64,000 bases of DNA from Deltaproteobacteria bacterium (GTDB lineage: Bacteria; Myxococcota; Kuafuiibacteriia; Kuafuiibacteriales; Kuafuiibacteriaceae): assembly GCA_040218735.1 (NCBI GenBank), contig JAVJQW010000015.1:32001-96000 (forward strand). Reading direction: 5' to 3'. Below the pieces are notes generated by a model. The model ran no database searches, was not told the DNA's origin, and was given only the letters and a program-made list of their open reading frames with translations. Shown piece by piece: positions 35,572 through 45,901 of this stretch. The position numbers were made by a program, and so were the translations under genes. The number at the start of each line of letters is the position of its first letter. The first letter of the stretch is position 1.

Positions 35572-37461
35572 ATGTGGGCGGCGCTGGCTACGATTCTCCT
35601 CGCGTCCGCCGCTCCACCGGATCGGGTGACGATCCTTCACACGAACGACTGGCAGAGCAGCCTCACCGGCACCGGTCCAGATGGAGCCTTCACGCCCGAG
35701 ACCACCGGTGACGATCCGACGCTGGGCGGCGTCGCGCGGCTCGCTACGTTGATCGATCGCTTGCGCACCGAGCGCTCGAAGGTGGGCCCGGTGCTGCTGC
35801 TCGACGGCGGCGACGTCACGATGGGCACGCTCTATCACACCGTCACGCGCGAGACGGGTTCGGAGCTGAGGCTGATGAAGGTGCTCGGCTACGACGCAGT
35901 CACCCTCGGCAACCACGAGTTCGACTTTCGCTTGAATGGATTCGGTCAGATGATCGCCGCGGCGAAGAAGGAGGGGCTCCCGCCGATCGTCGCGAGTAAC
36001 ATCGACCTCGAACGCGCGCATCCCGACCTGGAGATCATGCGGAAGCTCTACGCCGACGGCGTCATCGAGAAGACGCGCATCGTCGAGCGCGACGGGTTGC
36101 GGGTGGGCTTCGCGGGCGTGCTCGGGGTCGCGGCGAACGAGGTCATGGAGCACGACACCCCGATCCACGTGCTGCCGTTGGTGTCGTCCACGAAGCAGGT
36201 CGTGGAGCGCCTCCGCGGGGAGGGCGTAGACCTCGTCGTGGTGCTCTCCCACAGCGGTGTGAAGAAGGTCGGCGACGGCTGGGGCGGGGAAGAGGTCGAG
36301 CTGATGCGCGGCGTCCCGGGCATCGACGTGATCGTCGGTGGGCACAGCCACACCGCGCTGCCCGAGCCGATCCTCATCGACGGCCGCCCGATCGTGCAGG
36401 CCGGGAGTGACACGCAGTGGCTCGGGGAGCTCGCGTTGGTGCGTGACGGTGAGCGGTGGCGCGTCGAACGCTACGAGCTTCACACGATCGACGACTCGAT
36501 CCTCGGGCGCACGGACGTCACGGCGCGGATCGATGACGTGAAACGCGAGGTCGACGCTCGCATCCTCGCGCCGCTCGGCTACCGATTCGATCAGGTGGTC
36601 GGGGAGGTGACGAAGCACCACGGGCGTGGCTTCGACGAACACGTCATCGGCAACCTCGTCACGGACGCGATGCGCTCGGCGACGGGCGCCGACGTGGCCG
36701 TGACCGGCACCGGGACGCTGCGGGCCGATCTGAAGCCCGGCGAGCTGCGGGTGTCGGACGTCTTCCGCGTCTCGGGGCTCGGCGTCGGGACACTCGACGA
36801 CACGGCGGGCTTCCCGCTGGTGAAGCTGTACGTCGACGGGCCGAGTTTGAAGAGTGTGTTGGAGTTCCTGCTGGTCGGCTACACGATCAAGGGCGGCGAC
36901 TACTACCCGCGCTTCTCGGGTCTACGCGTGCACTACAACCCGTGGCGGGTGCCCTTCGATCGAATCCGCGAGGTCGAGCTCGTGCGCGACGACGGGTCGA
37001 CGTCCGTGGTGGATCTCTCCGACCCGAACACGCGCGTCACGATCGGCACGACGACCTACGTCGCGGAGTTCTTTCCGATCGTCTCGGAGCTCTCCTACGG
37101 GCTGCTCGACGCCCAGATCCTCGACGCGCATGACGAGGTGCTGTCGGTGGACGACCTCACGGGGGTTCTCGTCGATGGGTCCACGGTGGCGGGCGTCCAG
37201 GAGCTGAAGGACTGGCGCGCGCTCGTCGACTACGTCGCGTCGCGGCCGGACACCGACGGCGACGGCGTCCCGAACGTCCCGGAGACCGGCGACGCCGCCG
37301 CGCCCCGCCTCCTCGCGGAGCCCTCCTTCGCGCCCGCCGCGCTCTTCGCGACCGCGACGTGGCGAATGTGGACCGCGACGCTGGTCGTGGCGCTGTTCGG
37401 GCTCGTCGTCGCGCTCGTGATCCGGCGTGGACTGCGCGCCTTGACGCGACGCTCGGGTTGA
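35572..37461 (+). CDS. Bifunctional metallophosphatase / 5'-nucleotidase with a C-terminal TM anchor
   Basis: ILHTND, LLDGGD, GNHEFD, LSHSG, GGHSH; C-terminal nucleotidase domain. Confidence 0.85.
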   Translation: MWAALATILLASAAPPDRVTILHTNDWQSSLTGTGPDGAFTPETTGDDPTLGGVARLATLIDRLRTERSKVGPVLLLDGGDVTMGTLYHTVTRETGSELRLMKVLGYDAVTLGNHEFDFRLNGFGQMIAAAKKEGLPPIVASNIDLERAHPDLEIMRKLYADGVIEKTRIVERDGLRVGFAGVLGVAANEVMEHDTPIHVLPLVSSTKQVVERLRGEGVDLVVVLSHSGVKKVGDGWGGEEVELMRGVPGIDVIVGGHSHTALPEPILIDGRPIVQAGSDTQWLGELALVRDGERWRVERYELHTIDDSILGRTDVTARIDDVKREVDARILAPLGYRFDQVVGEVTKHHGRGFDEHVIGNLVTDAMRSATGADVAVTGTGTLRADLKPGELRVSDVFRVSGLGVGTLDDTAGFPLVKLYVDGPSLKSVLEFLLVGYTIKGGDYYPRFSGLRVHYNPWRVPFDRIREVELVRDDGSTSVVDLSDPNTRVTIGTTTYVAEFFPIVSELSYGLLDAQILDAHDEVLSVDDLTGVLVDGSTVAGVQELKDWRALVDYVASRPDTDGDGVPNVPETGDAAAPRLLAEPSFAPAALFATATWRMWTATLVVALFGLVVALVIRRGLRALTRRSG

Positions 37462-38957
37462 ACGACCGAAGGGGTGTGGGCCTCACGCGTCGCACGCTCC
37501 TCAAGAGCTCCCTGATCGCCGCGGCCGGCTGCCGGACGGTGTGGCCGACGCCGGCGGACGTCGCGGCCCACGCGATGGTCGGTGACGTCTCGGCGGATCG
37601 CGCCGTCGTGTGGACGCGCGCCGCGCGGCCCGGTCGAATGATCGTGGAGTGGTCGACGCGTGCCGACTTCTCCGATGCACGCCGCACCGAAGGAGGCGTC
37701 GCATCGCCCGCGACGGGTCTCTGCGCGAAGGCCCGCCTCGAGGCGCTCCCCGCGGGGGCCGATCTGTTCTACCGGACGCGGGTCGAAGATTCACCGTGGG
37801 TGCAAGGCAGGTTGCGGACGGCGCCGCTCGACGATCGTCCGGTGCGGTTCGGCTTCGGCGGCGACACGGTCGGGCAGGGGTGGGGCATCGAGCGTTCCCT
37901 CGGGCTCCCCGTGTACCGGCGGATGCTCGACGAGCGCTTCGACTTCTTCGTGCACTCCGGAGACTTCGTGTACGCGGACCAGCCCGTCGCGTCGGAGGTC
38001 ACGCTCCCCGACGGGACGCCGTGGCGGAACGTCGTGACCGAGGCGAAGTCGAAGGTCGCGGAGTCGCTCGATGAGTTTCGCGGGCAGTATCTGTACAACC
38101 TCCTCGACGATGACTACGCGCGGTTTCACCGTGAGGTGCCGCTCATCGCGCAGTGGGACGATCACGAGGCCAAGAACAACTGGTACCCGGGTCGAAGGAT
38201 CGAGGACGAGAGGTACCGAGAGCGCTCGGCGGACGTCCTCGCGGCGCGCGCGCGGCGGGCGTTCGTGGAGCACACGCCGCTCGCGTGGATGCCGGACGAG
38301 GACGGTCGCATCTACCGGCGTGTCCCGTACGGTCCGCACCTCGAGGTCTTCGTGTTGGACGCTCGAACCTACCGCGGGGCGAACACGAACAACCGGAGCC
38401 CGACGGGTGAGGCGTTCCTCGGTGCGGCGCAGGCGGACTGGCTGATCGAAGGGCTCCGTTCGTCGAGGGCAACGTGGAAGATCGTGGCCTCGGACATGCC
38501 GCTCGCGCTGGTCGTCACCGACGGGGACGACTACGAGGCCGTCGCCAACGGCGAGGCGGGGCCGCCGCTCGGGCGTGAGGTCGAGATCGCGCGGGTGCTG
38601 ACATCGACGAAGGCGGTGCCGAACGTCGTGTGGATCACCGCGGACGTTCACTTCGCGGCGGCGCATCACTTCGCGCCCGAGCGGGCGGCGAAGGACGTCG
38701 ACTTCCGCCCGTTCTGGGAGATCGTCGCGGGGCCGCTGCACGCCGGGACGTTCGGCCCCAACGCGCTGGATCCTACGTTCGGTCCCGAGCGTGTTTTCCA
38801 GTCGACCGACGCGAGCGTCGTGAACGCGCCACCGTCGGCGGGTCTACAGTTCTACGGGGTGGGTTCTGTCGCGCGCGACCGCGCGCTGACACTGCAGCTC
38901 GTGAACGCCGCGGGAGAAGTGGTGTTCGAGCGCCGCTTAGAGCATGAGGCGGAGTGA
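37458..38957 (+). CDS. phoD: Alkaline phosphatase D family protein, Tat-exported
   Basis: Tat motif TRRTLLK; GDV...AVVW, HSGDFVYAD, WDDHE, LDARTYR, TADVH; start approximate (TTG 37458 or GTG 37476). Confidence 0.85.
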   Translation: MNDRRGVGLTRRTLLKSSLIAAAGCRTVWPTPADVAAHAMVGDVSADRAVVWTRAARPGRMIVEWSTRADFSDARRTEGGVASPATGLCAKARLEALPAGADLFYRTRVEDSPWVQGRLRTAPLDDRPVRFGFGGDTVGQGWGIERSLGLPVYRRMLDERFDFFVHSGDFVYADQPVASEVTLPDGTPWRNVVTEAKSKVAESLDEFRGQYLYNLLDDDYARFHREVPLIAQWDDHEAKNNWYPGRRIEDERYRERSADVLAARARRAFVEHTPLAWMPDEDGRIYRRVPYGPHLEVFVLDARTYRGANTNNRSPTGEAFLGAAQADWLIEGLRSSRATWKIVASDMPLALVVTDGDDYEAVANGEAGPPLGREVEIARVLTSTKAVPNVVWITADVHFAAAHHFAPERAAKDVDFRPFWEIVAGPLHAGTFGPNALDPTFGPERVFQSTDASVVNAPPSAGLQFYGVGSVARDRALTLQLVNAAGEVVFERRLEHEAE

Positions 38958-40280
38958 GCCGATGAAGCTGTGGCTCGTGAGTAGGTTCACGAGGTCTTCG
39001 TCTTCGGCGGTGACCTTCGAATAACCCCACCGCAGGCCGGCCGAGACGGAGCGCTCCCAGAGCCAGTACGTCACGCCGAAGTTCGCGTACTGGGCGAACA
39101 GTGCGTTGTCGACGGTGGCTTCGGATCGTACCCAGTAGAACTGACCGCCGGCCGACAGGTTCCGGAAGGTGTAGTCGGCGCCCGCCGCGAAGACCATCCC
39201 CTTGAAGTCGTTGTCGAGGCGCGCGGCCGCGTTGGTGACGTCGATCTGCTGGTTCGACCGCATCGAGGCGGAGACGAACACCCGCACCATCTCGTTCAGG
39301 AGCTTGGCCTGCGCCGTGGCTCTGAGGTTGTACCCGCGGAGCTGCTTGTCCTCGTCGTTCGCGAGGTTGATGTCGACGTCGTAGAGCTGGGCCGCGACCT
39401 TCACGTCGAAGTAATCGTGTTCGTAGCTCAGCGACGGCGAGAACAGCACGAGGTGGATGTCCGAGCCCGGGATGCCGTTGGCGAGCGCGCGGAGCGGAGC
39501 GCTGAAGAGGGTTCCGAGTGTGCTGACCTGACCGCCGAACCCGAACGCGAGACTGGTCGTCAGTGGGTTGCCGCCCGTGAAGGAGAGGCCGCCGGTCAGG
39601 CCCCACCGTGAGTAGCGGAGCAAGACACCTTGCCCCTGGTTGAAGCCCGACGCGAGCAGCGGATCGCGCACGTAGGGATCCATGCCGAACATGTCGAGTG
39701 TGTTGTCGGAGATGAAGTCGATGCTCGCCGGATCCGGGACGATGCCGGCCGAGAGGTTCAGGCCCCATCGCTCGAGTCGGATGTAGTTCTCGCGCGCTTG
39801 GAGCGACGCGGTGCCCTCCCAGACGCTGGTGCCGACCGGACCGTTGCGCGACAGCGAGAAGCCGACGTTGCGCTCGAAGACGGAGCGGAAGCTGATCCAG
39901 TCCGTGATGCGGCCCTCGACGCCGAAGCGGGCGAGGAGGAGGGTGCTGGTGCGTCCGGAGAGGCTGTCGTTCTCACCGCTGAGGCTCGGCACGTAGCCGA
40001 CCACCGTCGATGAGATCTGCAGGACGGGTTTGATGAAGGCGCCGATCTTCTTGTTCTCGTAGACGACGAACGCGCGCGGGACGGCTTCGGTCGCCGTCGA
40101 CAGGAGGCGCTGGTTCTCCGAGCGAGGCTCGGGCGCCGGAGGTGGAGGGGGAGGAGGTGGCGAAGACACGATCGCCGCCGTCGTGGCGGTCGAGGAGGTC
40201 CCGGCGCTCTGCGCGTCCGCGGACGTGGTCATCATCAGGGCCGCGGCGACTACGCACGCGGCGGCGATCGGCTTCGTCAT
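38937..40280 (-). CDS. Putative outer-membrane beta-barrel/porin
   Basis: Signal peptide, Pro-rich linker, alternating amphipathic beta strands; last gene of the operon. Confidence 0.6.
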   Translation of the reverse strand: MTKPIAAACVVAAALMMTTSADAQSAGTSSTATTAAIVSSPPPPPPPPAPEPRSENQRLLSTATEAVPRAFVVYENKKIGAFIKPVLQISSTVVGYVPSLSGENDSLSGRTSTLLLARFGVEGRITDWISFRSVFERNVGFSLSRNGPVGTSVWEGTASLQARENYIRLERWGLNLSAGIVPDPASIDFISDNTLDMFGMDPYVRDPLLASGFNQGQGVLLRYSRWGLTGGLSFTGGNPLTTSLAFGFGGQVSTLGTLFSAPLRALANGIPGSDIHLVLFSPSLSYEHDYFDVKVAAQLYDVDINLANDEDKQLRGYNLRATAQAKLLNEMVRVFVSASMRSNQQIDVTNAAARLDNDFKGMVFAAGADYTFRNLSAGGQFYWVRSEATVDNALFAQYANFGVTYWLWERSVSAGLRWGYSKVTAEDEDLVNLLTSHSFIGSLRLML

Positions 40281-40303
40281 CTCTTACGTTTCCTTCTCGG
40301 GGC

Positions 40304-41695
40304 TCAGTCGGCGAGTTTGTCGAGGATCAGCTGCACGCCCGCGTTCGAGCGCGCGCTGCCGAAGTGGTTCGCGAGGAACCCGGGAGCGCCCGTGAAGAAG
40401 TAACCCGACGTGTCGTAGTCACCTAGGGTGATCAGCTCGTTCTCGACGCAGCCGCCGTTGTCGAGCGCCGACGAAGCCTCGGAGACGAACTCATCCTGCA
40501 GGTCACCGTTCGGGATGTCCTCCATCGTGACCGTCGTGTACTCGACGACGTTTCCGCCGCACTGCTCGTGCTCGCCGTAGGCGAAGTCACCGTCGGCGCA
40601 GGGCGTCGTGTACAGGTCGCCGGGGCCGTTCAGCGGGCGGCTGAAGTACGTCGGCTGGAACGCCGTGCGGTCACCCATCTCGCAGGTCACCGTGCCGCGC
40701 ATGATCTCACCGAGCACCGTCTCACACGCGGGGCCGGAGCTGACGCCGTGGTTGGCGCCGGAGAGCAGGATGACGTCCTGAAGCTGCGCGAACGGGTTCA
40801 CCGACCCCGCGGCGCCGGCCTTGTTCTCGACGTAGAGGCGACGGAGCGCGTCGCGAACGGCGGTCACACCGAGCGAGTGACCGATGACCGAAACCTTGCG
40901 GCTCGGGTTGTTGGTCATGACGGCTTTGATGAGGCTCTGCAGCGGCGGGACGATCCAGCCGTGGTCGATGTTGAGGAACGGGTTGCCGGTCATCTGGTCG
41001 GCGCTGTAGTCGCCGAGCGTCGCGACGGCGTCGACGCGCGCGTCGAACCCGATGACGCGGTAGCCGTCCGCGATGAGCTTGGTCGCGAGCTGCTCACGGA
41101 CCGCGGTGTCGACCACGACCTCGAAGCCCGCGAGGTTGGTGATCGTCGTGCCGGAGAGGGCCGCGGTGAAGTACTCCTCGAAGGAGGTCACACCCGACGA
41201 GTTGCCGTGCACGAGGATGACGATCGGCTTCGTCGTGTCCTCGTTCGCCTGCGTGTACTCCTTGGCCGCGCAGTCGTAGCCGGTGATCGCCGCGGGGCTG
41301 CCGCCGGGGACCGTCGCCTCGTTGTCCGAGACGAAGGGCTCCGACATGTTCGCGCCGTACATCGCGCGCGGCGCGCAGCCGGGGTGGTTCGCGAGGTCGT
41401 CGCGGTACTTACCGGCGAAGTCGGCCTCGAGGGTCTGGTCGCCCCCGGTCGCGGTCATCTCGCTGGCGTCTTCGATCGACCAGCCGGTGATGTCCGCGGC
41501 GAACTGCGTCTCCTTCGCGGCGACGGTCGACTTACACGCGGTCACGCGCGGGTCTTCGGTGCCGCCGTCGTTGTTCACCACGCCGCCGTCGCGGTTGGTG
41601 GTCATGTCGTCGCCACCGTCGTCGTCACCGCTACAGGCGACCGCCGTGATCGCGATGCCGGCAATGAGCCAGCGCTTGAAGTTCATCGATGTCAT
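40304..41695 (-). CDS. Lipoprotein alpha/beta hydrolase (lipase/esterase)
   Basis: Lipobox AVAC; ILVHGN oxyanion motif; GHSLG; GANHG; ATGA overlap with the upstream gene. Confidence 0.8.
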   Translation of the reverse strand: MTSMNFKRWLIAGIAITAVACSGDDDGGDDMTTNRDGGVVNNDGGTEDPRVTACKSTVAAKETQFAADITGWSIEDASEMTATGGDQTLEADFAGKYRDDLANHPGCAPRAMYGANMSEPFVSDNEATVPGGSPAAITGYDCAAKEYTQANEDTTKPIVILVHGNSSGVTSFEEYFTAALSGTTITNLAGFEVVVDTAVREQLATKLIADGYRVIGFDARVDAVATLGDYSADQMTGNPFLNIDHGWIVPPLQSLIKAVMTNNPSRKVSVIGHSLGVTAVRDALRRLYVENKAGAAGSVNPFAQLQDVILLSGANHGVSSGPACETVLGEIMRGTVTCEMGDRTAFQPTYFSRPLNGPGDLYTTPCADGDFAYGEHEQCGGNVVEYTTVTMEDIPNGDLQDEFVSEASSALDNGGCVENELITLGDYDTSGYFFTGAPGFLANHFGSARSNAGVQLILDKLAD

Positions 41696-43206
41696 TTCGT
41701 TTCTCCTCGTTCTTTCAGCTGTCGCTTGAGGATCTTGCCGGCGGCGTTTCGAGGAAGCGCGTCGACGAAGATCACTGATTTGGGAACCTTGAATTTGGCG
41801 AGCGCCGCGCGGCAGTGCGTGAGTACGTCGTCCTCGCTCATTTGCACGCCGGGGCGTGTCACGACGAACGCACGACCGACCTCGCCCCATCGATCGTCGG
41901 ACACGCCGACGACCGCGACCTCGACCACGCCGTCGAGCTCGTACAGGGCGTTCTCGACTTCGGCCGGGTAGACGTTCTCGCCGCCGCTGATGAACATGTC
42001 CTTCCAGCGGTCGACGATGAAGTAGTAACCGTCCTCATCGCGGCGGGCGGCGTCGCCGGTGCCGAGCCACCCACCCGCCGAGAACGCAGCGGCGTCGGCG
42101 TCGGGCCGGTGCCAGTAACCTGGCGTGACATTGGGGCCGCGGACACACAACTCACCTACGACGTTCGCCCCGTCGATGCGCTCGCCGTCGGCGGTGCGCA
42201 GCTCGACCTCGGTGTGCAGCGCCGGGAGTCCCGCCGAGCCGAGTTTGTCCTTCGCGCGCTCCGTGTCGAGGACGAGCACGGTGGGGCTCGTCTCGGTCAT
42301 GCCGTACCCCTGCTGCATCGGGACGCCCTTCGCGGACCACTGCTCGAGCATCGCGAGCGGGCAGGGCGCGCCGCCGACACCGGCGGTGACGAGTGAGAGT
42401 CGAGCGTCCGTGAACCCGGGTTGCTCGGCCAGGAACTGGTAGTGCGCCGGGACGCCGAAGAAGTGCGTGACGCCGAGCGCGGCGTTCGCGAGGTGGCGGA
42501 GCGCTTCGGCCGGGTCCCAGCTGCGGAGTACGAGGTTCGTCCCGCCGGCGTGGAAGACCACGTTCGCGTAGCAGTTGAGGCCGCCGGTGTGGAACAGCGG
42601 GAGCGCGACGAGGTGGACGCTGTCGCGCGTGATGCGCGCGGGCACCGCGAGGTTGATCGCGTTGTAGAAGGTCATCGCGTGCGTGACGCGCGCGCCCTTC
42701 GGGGTGCCGGTGGTTCCGGCGGTGTAGAGGAGCGTCCCGGTCTCGTCGAGCGTGGGTTCGTGCCGGTCCGGCGCGCCGCCGTCGGCTATCGCGGCTTCGT
42801 AGGCGGAGGGCCCGCCGCGGCCGGTGGTGCGGAGCGTCGGGGCGTCGATGGCTTCGGCGAGCTGCGTGAGCTCTTCGTCGAGCACGAGCAAGCTGGGTTG
42901 CGCATCGTTCGCGATCGTTGTGATCTCGCGGGCGGAGAGGCGCCAGTTCAGCGGGACGAAGATCGCGCCGACCCGCCAGCACGCGAACTGCACCTCGAAC
43001 ACGTCCGAGCTGTTGTACGCGAGCATCGCGATGCGCTGACCGGGCTGAATCCCGGTGGACTGGAAGTGGCGGGCGAGGGCGTCGACGCGGCGGTGCAGGG
43101 TCCGGTAGTCGAAGTGACGATCCGAGGCGAGGTCGTGCACCGCCACGTGGTCGGGGCGGCGGACGGCGTAGTGCGCTATCCAGTCGTAGAAGCGATCAGA
43201 CGGCAC
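41692..43206 (-). CDS. Long-chain fatty-acid-CoA ligase (ANL adenylation enzyme)
   Basis: YTAGTTGTPKG, QGYGMTE, TGD, DRWKDMFISGGENVYPAE, PRNAAGK. Confidence 0.9.
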   Translation of the reverse strand: MPSDRFYDWIAHYAVRRPDHVAVHDLASDRHFDYRTLHRRVDALARHFQSTGIQPGQRIAMLAYNSSDVFEVQFACWRVGAIFVPLNWRLSAREITTIANDAQPSLLVLDEELTQLAEAIDAPTLRTTGRGGPSAYEAAIADGGAPDRHEPTLDETGTLLYTAGTTGTPKGARVTHAMTFYNAINLAVPARITRDSVHLVALPLFHTGGLNCYANVVFHAGGTNLVLRSWDPAEALRHLANAALGVTHFFGVPAHYQFLAEQPGFTDARLSLVTAGVGGAPCPLAMLEQWSAKGVPMQQGYGMTETSPTVLVLDTERAKDKLGSAGLPALHTEVELRTADGERIDGANVVGELCVRGPNVTPGYWHRPDADAAAFSAGGWLGTGDAARRDEDGYYFIVDRWKDMFISGGENVYPAEVENALYELDGVVEVAVVGVSDDRWGEVGRAFVVTRPGVQMSEDDVLTHCRAALAKFKVPKSVIFVDALPRNAAGKILKRQLKERGETK

Positions 43207-44692
43207 TTGTCGCTCCCGATGTCGATTGGCGGCGGACGAGGGTCGCGACGCCGAGGAGGAGCACGGCGGTCACGGCGCCCGCGGACGCGGTAATGGACGG
43301 GTTGACCTGCACGAACGTCCGCCCGGCGAAGCCGAGGTAGTAGACGTAGAGCCCGAGGTGCACGCCGAGGCCGGCGACGGCCGAGGCCATGACGTCGCGT
43401 CGGTTCACTTCCTTCACGAAGATCCCGAACGTCAGCGGCGCGACGCTCGCGGCGACGACGCCGTACACACCGAACTGCGCGAAGAGGCCGACGAAGACGG
43501 GCGGGTCGAGCGCGATGACCAGCGCGATGACCCCCATCGCGCCGAGGATGTAGCGGCTCGCGGCGAGCGCCTTTTCGGCGCGTTCGTCCTGCGACATCTT
43601 CGAGAAGAACTTGTCGCCGAGCGCGCCCAGGAAGAGGTCGTTGCCCGCGATCGACGAGGCCGAAACGAGGATGCCGTCCATCGTGCTCATCCCGGCGGCG
43701 AGGAGCGCGATGCTGATCGGGACGCCGAGGAGCGGGGCGAAGGTCTCCTTGATGTACGTCGCCATCACCGCGTCCTGCGCGCCGAGGTTCGGCAACGTGA
43801 CGCGGGCGTAGAGGCCGGCGAACAACATACACGCGAAGATGAGACCCACCGACGCGCCGACGAGGAGGTAGCGGTTCAGGTCGCGCTCGCTCCGTACGTA
43901 GAGCGCCTTCGTCAGGATGTGCGGCTGACAGACGAGCCCGAAGCCGACGATGAACGGGGTGATGAGGACCTCCCAGACGTCGCTGTAGAGGGGGCTCTTC
44001 GGGTTGAACGCCTTGACGAGGTTCGGATCCTGGGCGGCGATCTTGTCCAGGAACGGACCGACGCCGTCCGAGAGGAGCGGCAGGCCGCTACCGACGATCA
44101 GGACCGCGACGCCGATCATCAGCACGCCCTGGAAGAAGTTCGTGTACGCGTGGGCGTACGTCCCGCCGATCAGGATGTACGTGAAGACGAACAGCGTGAT
44201 GACGACGACGGAGGCGACGTAGCCGAGCCCGAGCGTCGCGACCATCACCAGCGCGGAGCCCTTGATGATGAGGACGACGAAGCTGATCGCGAGGAAGAGG
44301 TTCACGATCGCGAAGAAGGTCCGGAGCGCCGCGCTGTCGTAGCGCGCGCCGACCCAGTGCGGGAGCGTGAGCGCGGAGGTCTGGTCGCCGTGCCGGCGGA
44401 AGCCCTTCGAGAGGACGATGAGCCCGATCGTCACGCCGGACGTCGCGGCGAGGCCGAAGTGCATCAGCGCGCTGACGCCGTGGACATAAACGAAGCCGGG
44501 GTTGATGACGAACGTGGCGGTGCTCGCGACGGAGGACGCGAGCGTCACGCCGACCAGCACCGGACCCATGTCCTTGTTGCCGATCGCGTAGCCCGCGAGC
44601 GAGGTCGTCTTCTTCATGCCGCGCAGCGCGAGCAACGAAGTGACGACGACGTACGTGAGGAAGAGCCCCCACGCGAACACCATTCCGCTCAC
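43196..44692 (-). CDS. Sodium:solute symporter family protein
   Basis: About 13 TM helices; STATF..NPG, GG...AYTNFFQG, AAGMSTMDG. Confidence 0.85.
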   Translation of the reverse strand: MSGMVFAWGLFLTYVVVTSLLALRGMKKTTSLAGYAIGNKDMGPVLVGVTLASSVASTATFVINPGFVYVHGVSALMHFGLAATSGVTIGLIVLSKGFRRHGDQTSALTLPHWVGARYDSAALRTFFAIVNLFLAISFVVLIIKGSALVMVATLGLGYVASVVVITLFVFTYILIGGTYAHAYTNFFQGVLMIGVAVLIVGSGLPLLSDGVGPFLDKIAAQDPNLVKAFNPKSPLYSDVWEVLITPFIVGFGLVCQPHILTKALYVRSERDLNRYLLVGASVGLIFACMLFAGLYARVTLPNLGAQDAVMATYIKETFAPLLGVPISIALLAAGMSTMDGILVSASSIAGNDLFLGALGDKFFSKMSQDERAEKALAASRYILGAMGVIALVIALDPPVFVGLFAQFGVYGVVAASVAPLTFGIFVKEVNRRDVMASAVAGLGVHLGLYVYYLGFAGRTFVQVNPSITASAGAVTAVLLLGVATLVRRQSTSGATSAV

Positions 44693-45720
44693 GCTGCTTC
44701 ACCCTTCTTGGTGACGAGCGCGTCGGTGAGTCGGACGGCGACACCTGCCTGGTTGAGCCCGACGCCGGAGCCGATGAGCACGATGAGGTCACCCGCCTTG
44801 GCGCGTCCGCCGCGGATGGCTTCGTCGAGCGCCATCGGGATGCACGCCGAGCCGGTGTACCCATACTGACCCATGATCATTTCGGCCTTCTCGATGGGTT
44901 GGCCCAGCGCGTCCATCGCTTTTGCGATCGTGCCTTCGTTGACTTGGGTGAAGACGAAGCGATCGACGTCTGCGACGTTGAAGTCGTTCTCGGCGGCGAG
45001 GGTGCGGACGAGGTTCGGCCAGCCGTCGTCGTTGAGCTCGGGCGGGTAACGTTCGTACATCCGCACCTGGGTGCGGCCTTCGCGGACGCTCTCTTCGGAC
45101 GCGGGCTCGGCGGTGCCGCCGCTGAGGATCGCCCAGTTCTTTGCGTAGGCGCCGTCGGCGTGGAACGCGGCGCCGAGGATGCCGGGTTCGTCGCTCGCGC
45201 ACAGCAGCGCGGCACCCGCGCCGTCGCCGTAGAAGAACGAGATGGGATCGTCCTCGGGGGCGAGTCGGTGCATGAGGTACGCACCGACGACGAGCACGTT
45301 CTTGATCGACGGGTTCGTGGCGATGAGTCCGGTGCCCGCGGCGACCGCCGTGGGGAACGACGCGCAGGCGCAGCCGATGTCGAACGTGCCGGCGTTCTTC
45401 GCGCCGAGCTTGTCTTGGACGACGACGGAGGTCGCGGGGGTGAGGTAGTCGGGGGAGTCGGTGCCGACGAGGATCAGGTCGACCTCGGACGGAGCGACGT
45501 TGGCGCGAGCGAGCGCGTCTTGGCAGGCGCGCACCGCGAGGTCGGAGGTCGCCCAGCTGTCGGGTGCGTAGAAGCGGGTGCGGATGCCCGTCTTCGACTC
45601 CATCTTGGCCACGAAGTCGGGGTGCTGCGCTGCAAACCGCTCCGAGAGCCGCTCATTGGTGCACTCGAGCTCGGGAACGCACATGCCCGTCGCCCGAATT
45701 GCGGCGCTGCGGAACTTCAT
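44689..45720 (-). CDS. 3-oxoacyl-ACP synthase III (FabH-like) family protein with an atypical triad
   Basis: TGIRTR, catalytic Cys in GCACASF, GDGAGA; FTQVN and GYTGSA replace the canonical HQAN and GNTSSA. Confidence 0.85.
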   Translation of the reverse strand: MKFRSAAIRATGMCVPELECTNERLSERFAAQHPDFVAKMESKTGIRTRFYAPDSWATSDLAVRACQDALARANVAPSEVDLILVGTDSPDYLTPATSVVVQDKLGAKNAGTFDIGCACASFPTAVAAGTGLIATNPSIKNVLVVGAYLMHRLAPEDDPISFFYGDGAGAALLCASDEPGILGAAFHADGAYAKNWAILSGGTAEPASEESVREGRTQVRMYERYPPELNDDGWPNLVRTLAAENDFNVADVDRFVFTQVNEGTIAKAMDALGQPIEKAEMIMGQYGYTGSACIPMALDEAIRGGRAKAGDLIVLIGSGVGLNQAGVAVRLTDALVTKKGEAA

Positions 45721-45901
45721 GGGGCAGAGATACGCTTCTTGGTTTTGCTCTGCAACATCTACGAACGCGCACGGTGACGATTCGGCGTATGCATGAGGGT
45801 TGTGGGTTCAAGATATTACGCGCTGCAGCATGACGCGGAGCGTTGTCGATGTTGCGGTGCGAACAAGCCGAGACTACGCCGCCTCGGTATAAAGGCGGCC
45901 C

